Origin: Pseudomonadota bacterium
GTDB lineage: Bacteria; Campylobacterota; Campylobacteria; Campylobacterales; Sulfurimonadaceae
Direction of reading: 5' to 3'
Assembly (NCBI GenBank): GCA_043797085.1
Contig: JAZDQA010000011.1
Coordinates: forward strand, 166,610-230,609
DNA length: 64,000 nucleotides
Positions 60,375 through 64,000 of this stretch are shown piece after piece (the stretch's first letter is position 1; each line of letters begins with the position of its first letter). The notes under the pieces were generated by a model. That model was given only the letters and a program-made list of their open reading frames with translations, searched no databases and was not told the origin of the DNA. The position numbers were made by a program, and so were the translations under genes.

Positions 60375-61708
60375 GTCCTAAAAAAAAGTTTAATTTTGAT
60401 GCTAATGATTATCAATTTATGCGAAGTATATCTGCAGCCGTTTTAGAAGATACACCGCATAAGTTACGTTTAGTGTTTATTTTTTGGATGGTGACGGTAT
60501 TTGCTTTTTTCTTGTGGGCAGCGTTAGCACCTATTGATGAGCTCGTAAGGGGAGATGGTAAGGTTATTCCTGGTGGTGAAAATCAAATGATTCAGCATCT
60601 GGAGGGTGGAATTGTTAGTGCGATTATGGTTAAAGAGGGGCAAAAAGTCAAAACGGATGATATTTTACTAAAAGTAGATAATATAAAATCCTCTTCTACG
60701 TATGAAAGTTCGCAGTATAAATCAAGTGAATTACGTGCACGAATTGTCCGTTTACGCGCTGAGTCTACTGGCGGAGCGTTTTCTCCAAGCGCTTTTGATA
60801 TGCGTGATATACCGATGCAGATTATGCAAGAACGCAGTTTGTTTATTTCAAATAAGGAAAGACTAGAATCTCAAATTGCTTCTTTAAGAGATTTATATCA
60901 ACAAAAACAAGGTGAGCTTATCGAAGCTCAAGGGCACATCAGTGAGCAAAAACATGCGCTTGACCTTATTCGTGAAGAGGTGGCTATTTCTGAGCCAATG
61001 GTAGCAGAGGGGATTAAGCCACGCGTGGAATTTTTAAAATTAAAGCGAGAACTCAGTGATGTCAGCGAGCGCTATAATAGCGTAAAGGCATCTATTCCAA
61101 GGCTTCGTTCTGCCATCAATGAAATCACAAGCAAAACGCGTGAAGCACGTTCTGAATATGTCACAAAAGCACGTCTTGAACTGAATGAAGTTGCTACAGA
61201 ATTGCAGCGTGTAGGAGCTGAGAGTTCTGCACTCGCAGATCAAGTGACACGAACTGTCATTAAATCTCCGATCAATGGAATTGTTCAAAAATTGTATGTT
61301 AATACTGTAGGCGGGGTCATTAAGCCGGGAGATAATCTCATCGAGATTGTTCCAACTGAGGGGGGACTGCTTATTGAAGCCAAAGTAAAGCCTGCTGATA
61401 TTGCCTTTATTTATCCTGGTCAAAAAGCAGTAGTCAAAGTTACTGCATATGATTTTTCTGTATACGGTTCACTCGATGGAGTTGTATCGACGATTAGTCC
61501 TGATACGGAAACCGATGAAAAAGAGAATGTTTATTACATTGTTCGTGTTCAAACCAATCAAAAATATTTGGGCACTAAAGAGAAACCTCTTAAAATTATT
61601 CCAGGTATGATGGTCAATGTTGATGTTATTACGGGGCAGAAAACTGTTTTAGAATATATTCTCAAACCTTTGCTTAAAGCTAAGCAATATACCTTTTCGG
61701 AGCGATAA
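60371..61708 (+). CDS. HlyD-family type I secretion periplasmic adaptor (LapC-like)
   Basis: IQHLEGGIV, SPINGIV...TVGGVIKPG, AYDFSVYG, PGM...VLEYILKP. Confidence 0.95.
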   Translation: MSPKKKFNFDANDYQFMRSISAAVLEDTPHKLRLVFIFWMVTVFAFFLWAALAPIDELVRGDGKVIPGGENQMIQHLEGGIVSAIMVKEGQKVKTDDILLKVDNIKSSSTYESSQYKSSELRARIVRLRAESTGGAFSPSAFDMRDIPMQIMQERSLFISNKERLESQIASLRDLYQQKQGELIEAQGHISEQKHALDLIREEVAISEPMVAEGIKPRVEFLKLKRELSDVSERYNSVKASIPRLRSAINEITSKTREARSEYVTKARLELNEVATELQRVGAESSALADQVTRTVIKSPINGIVQKLYVNTVGGVIKPGDNLIEIVPTEGGLLIEAKVKPADIAFIYPGQKAVVKVTAYDFSVYGSLDGVVSTISPDTETDEKENVYYIVRVQTNQKYLGTKEKPLKIIPGMMVNVDVITGQKTVLEYILKPLLKAKQYTFSER

Positions 61709-62301
61709 TGAAACTTTATCTTGTGAGTTCAGTTGACTATATTTTGGAGCATTGGGTTAAAGCATTAAAAAAATATCACCCCATAAAATTATCAAGCATT
61801 AGCGAACTTAATAGACCTAACGAAGGGATTGTTTTTTGGCATGATACGACTATGGAAGAGAATGAATTATATCAAACTCTTGGACGTAATTCATGCAGAT
61901 TGATGATTTTTTCCATGGTTCCTGATTTTAATAGGGCACAACTATTGCTGAATGAGGGTGTAAAAGGATATGGTAATGCGATGATGCATGAATCACATTT
62001 ACAATCAGCATATCAAGCAATAGAAGAGGGAAAAATTTGGTTGTATCCGGATTTTATTGCTGCCCTTATTACCCGCTTAAGCGAGGTTCAACCCAAGGCT
62101 ATTAATGAGCATAAAGCTTTGGATAAGTTATCAGTTCGCGAAAGAGAAGTTGCCCTTTTGCTAGCACAAGGATTAACGCATAATGAGGTGTCTGAAGCAT
62201 TGAAGATTACCGTTCGTACCATCAAAGCACACTGCTCTGCAATCTATGAAAAACTCGCAGTCAAAGACCGTCTAGCCCTTTCTCTCCTCCTTCATTCATA
62301 A
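61708..62301 (+). CDS. LuxR-family regulator with degenerate receiver domain
   Basis: LSVREREVA...ITVRTIKAH..IYEKL helix-turn-helix; no acidic pocket or conserved Lys in the receiver. Confidence 0.9.
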   Translation: MKLYLVSSVDYILEHWVKALKKYHPIKLSSISELNRPNEGIVFWHDTTMEENELYQTLGRNSCRLMIFSMVPDFNRAQLLLNEGVKGYGNAMMHESHLQSAYQAIEEGKIWLYPDFIAALITRLSEVQPKAINEHKALDKLSVREREVALLLAQGLTHNEVSEALKITVRTIKAHCSAIYEKLAVKDRLALSLLLHS

Positions 62302-62420
62302 TCTATACTTTTTCGTGATATAAATATGATACTAGGCTTCTCGTTTAGTACCTTAGTCCAATAGTATTGTTGTCACAATTGTGTTAGAATAGAAGAATTA
62401 TTTATATTAGAGGATTTACT

Positions 62421-64000
62421 ATGGCACAGATTATTGGGTATGTAAAATCGGTTGAGAACGGAACATTTTTTGTTAAAGATTTAAGAGGACATATCCGCCA
62501 GTTAAAAATAGGAGATTCTATTCTTGAGGGTGAATTGGTTTATGGTGATCAAGCGAATATAAAAAATGCAAAAATTATTATTGATATGATCCATGACGGT
62601 GTTGCCGATATTACCCTTGCTGGAAATAATGCCCTTAATTTTGACACCTCTTTACTCAAAGGGATTTTTTCCAGTGAAGATACTGTTGTTCATACAGATT
62701 CTCTCAAAAGTGCTCTTAATGCTATTGACCCTACCTTAGTAGATGAAAAAAATAATGACAAAGAAACTGCGGCAGGTAATGAAGTCGTTATGAGTGAAAA
62801 TTCAACTGCTGTTGTATTCGCTGATCGAACGGGGACTATCAAAGATGTAAGAACGCTTTTGGATATTTTTCCAGAAAACTTGGGAAAAAATCAAAATACG
62901 GTTGATACTTTTTTTCGACCGGTAGTTATTGATACATCTGCTACCACTGGAACTCTCACGATCAGTAGCATTTCTGGAGATGACATCATCAACGCAACCG
63001 AAGCGGGTCAAGCCAATACCCTCATCAGCGGAACAGCAACGGGTGGCGATATCAAAACCGGTGATCAAGTCACGGTCACCGTCAACGGACACGACTATAC
63101 CACTACCGTCCAAGCGGGCGGCACCTACAGCGTAAATATTCTCACGACTGATCTTATAGCAGATAACAATATTGATGTAAAAGTGACTTCATTTGATACT
63201 ATTGGTAATAGTATTGATACGATGGCAGTCCGTAGTGTTACGGTAGATACGGCAGCGCCGGTGATCGCGAATCAAATCTTCGACTATGCGGAAAACACCG
63301 CAGCGGGTGCCACCATCGCGACCGTCGTGGCAAGCGACAACGTTGCAGTGACCGGCTACAGCTTCAAAGCAACGGGAACCAACCTCTCAGCGGACGGTTT
63401 CTATCAAATCGATAGCAGCGGCGCCATCATGCTGACTGTTGCGGGCGCGGCTTCTGCGGCGAACGATTTCGAAAACGCTCCAAACAGCGGCAACTACGTC
63501 ATCACCGTCAAAGACGCGGCGAACAATGCCACCGACGCGACGATTACATTGCGTGAGAATAATGTTGATGATGCCTCCGTGATGGCACCGGATAATAAAA
63601 CTGTTACCGAAGATACCGTAGTGAGCGGAAACGTCCTTGCCAACGACAGTGATGTTGATAACACCCTCAGCGTTACGAGCTTCAAAGTTGCAGGAGATGC
63701 CACCGTCTACACAGCAGGGCAAACGGCGACCATCACCGGAGTGGGAACACTTAGCTTTGCAGCCAACGGAGACTACATCTTTACACCAGTCGCCAACTAC
63801 AACGGAATGGTCCCTCAAGCGACTTACACCGTCAACACCGGCAGCACCAGTACTCTCGATATCACCGTTGCAGCGGTGAACGATGCACCGGTTGCGGTGA
63901 ACGATGCGATCAACGCCACCGAAGATACACTGTTCACCTCTGCGATTGAGCTTGATGCCAACGACACCGATCTTGACGGTGACACCCTAAGCGTCGTTGC
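62421..64000 (+). CDS. Giant type I-secreted adhesin, LapA-like (retention module, Ig-like and cadherin-like repeats; runs off the window)
   Basis: Absent from the ORF track. Manual translation from ATG 62421 (GAGGA RBS): MAQIIGYVKSVENGTFFVKD...ETAAG...GDDIINATE...YAENTAAG...EDTVVSGNVLANDSDVD...VNDAPVAVND; open to the end. Confidence 0.93.
   Translation, partial: MAQIIGYVKSVENGTFFVKDLRGHIRQLKIGDSILEGELVYGDQANIKNAKIIIDMIHDGVADITLAGNNALNFDTSLLKGIFSSEDTVVHTDSLKSALNAIDPTLVDEKNNDKETAAGNEVVMSENSTAVVFADRTGTIKDVRTLLDIFPENLGKNQNTVDTFFRPVVIDTSATTGTLTISSISGDDIINATEAGQANTLISGTATGGDIKTGDQVTVTVNGHDYTTTVQAGGTYSVNILTTDLIADNNIDVKVTSFDTIGNSIDTMAVRSVTVDTAAPVIANQIFDYAENTAAGATIATVVASDNVAVTGYSFKATGTNLSADGFYQIDSSGAIMLTVAGAASAANDFENAPNSGNYVITVKDAANNATDATITLRENNVDDASVMAPDNKTVTEDTVVSGNVLANDSDVDNTLSVTSFKVAGDATVYTAGQTATITGVGTLSFAANGDYIFTPVANYNGMVPQATYTVNTGSTSTLDITVAAVNDAPVAVNDAINATEDTLFTSAIELDANDTDLDGDTLSVV

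Noticed and set aside
62802..63879. Five short ORFs on both strands at the window end
   Set aside because: Shadows of the adhesin frame that starts at 62421
1..64000. rRNA, tRNA, prophage, transposase, integrase and phase-variable poly-G tracts
   Set aside because: None recognised by eye; intergenic gaps are short and the longest G-run noticed is 6 nt

Overview
Mostly core chromosome of a Campylobacterota bacterium; gene content and order suggest a free-living Sulfuricurvum/Sulfurimonas-like sulfur oxidiser (inference). Housekeeping blocks: coaBC-glmU, fliP-trmA, recO, gltBD-accD-thiE-rlmH-dksA-dus, cheX-fliN-fliO, uvrA, polA, murJ-cysS-msbA-pyrD-dapA-pgsA-rseP-yggS and fapA-ruvA-ddl-murF. 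The window ends in a Lap-type type I secretion locus and the start of a giant adhesin; the ORF track misses that adhesin and coaBC because both run off the window. Less ordinary items: (1) a 146-bp MITE-like element with long terminal inverted repeats and a 7-bp target duplication between uvrA and an HDOD gene; (2) an integrase-less 1.1-kb islet bounded by a 25-bp duplication of the polA 3' end, carrying REP-like hairpins and an orphan higA, next to a RelBE-type pair; (3) a pseudo-receiver kinase / TlpD-like CZB chemoreceptor / CheY-like operon between sulfur-handling genes; (4) an unknown 79-aa gene behind a sigma54-type promoter; (5) a secreted protein with 16-aa alveolin-like repeats; (6) two structured intergenic elements. 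No rRNA, tRNA or CRISPR array was seen. All calls are by eye; no database searches were run.
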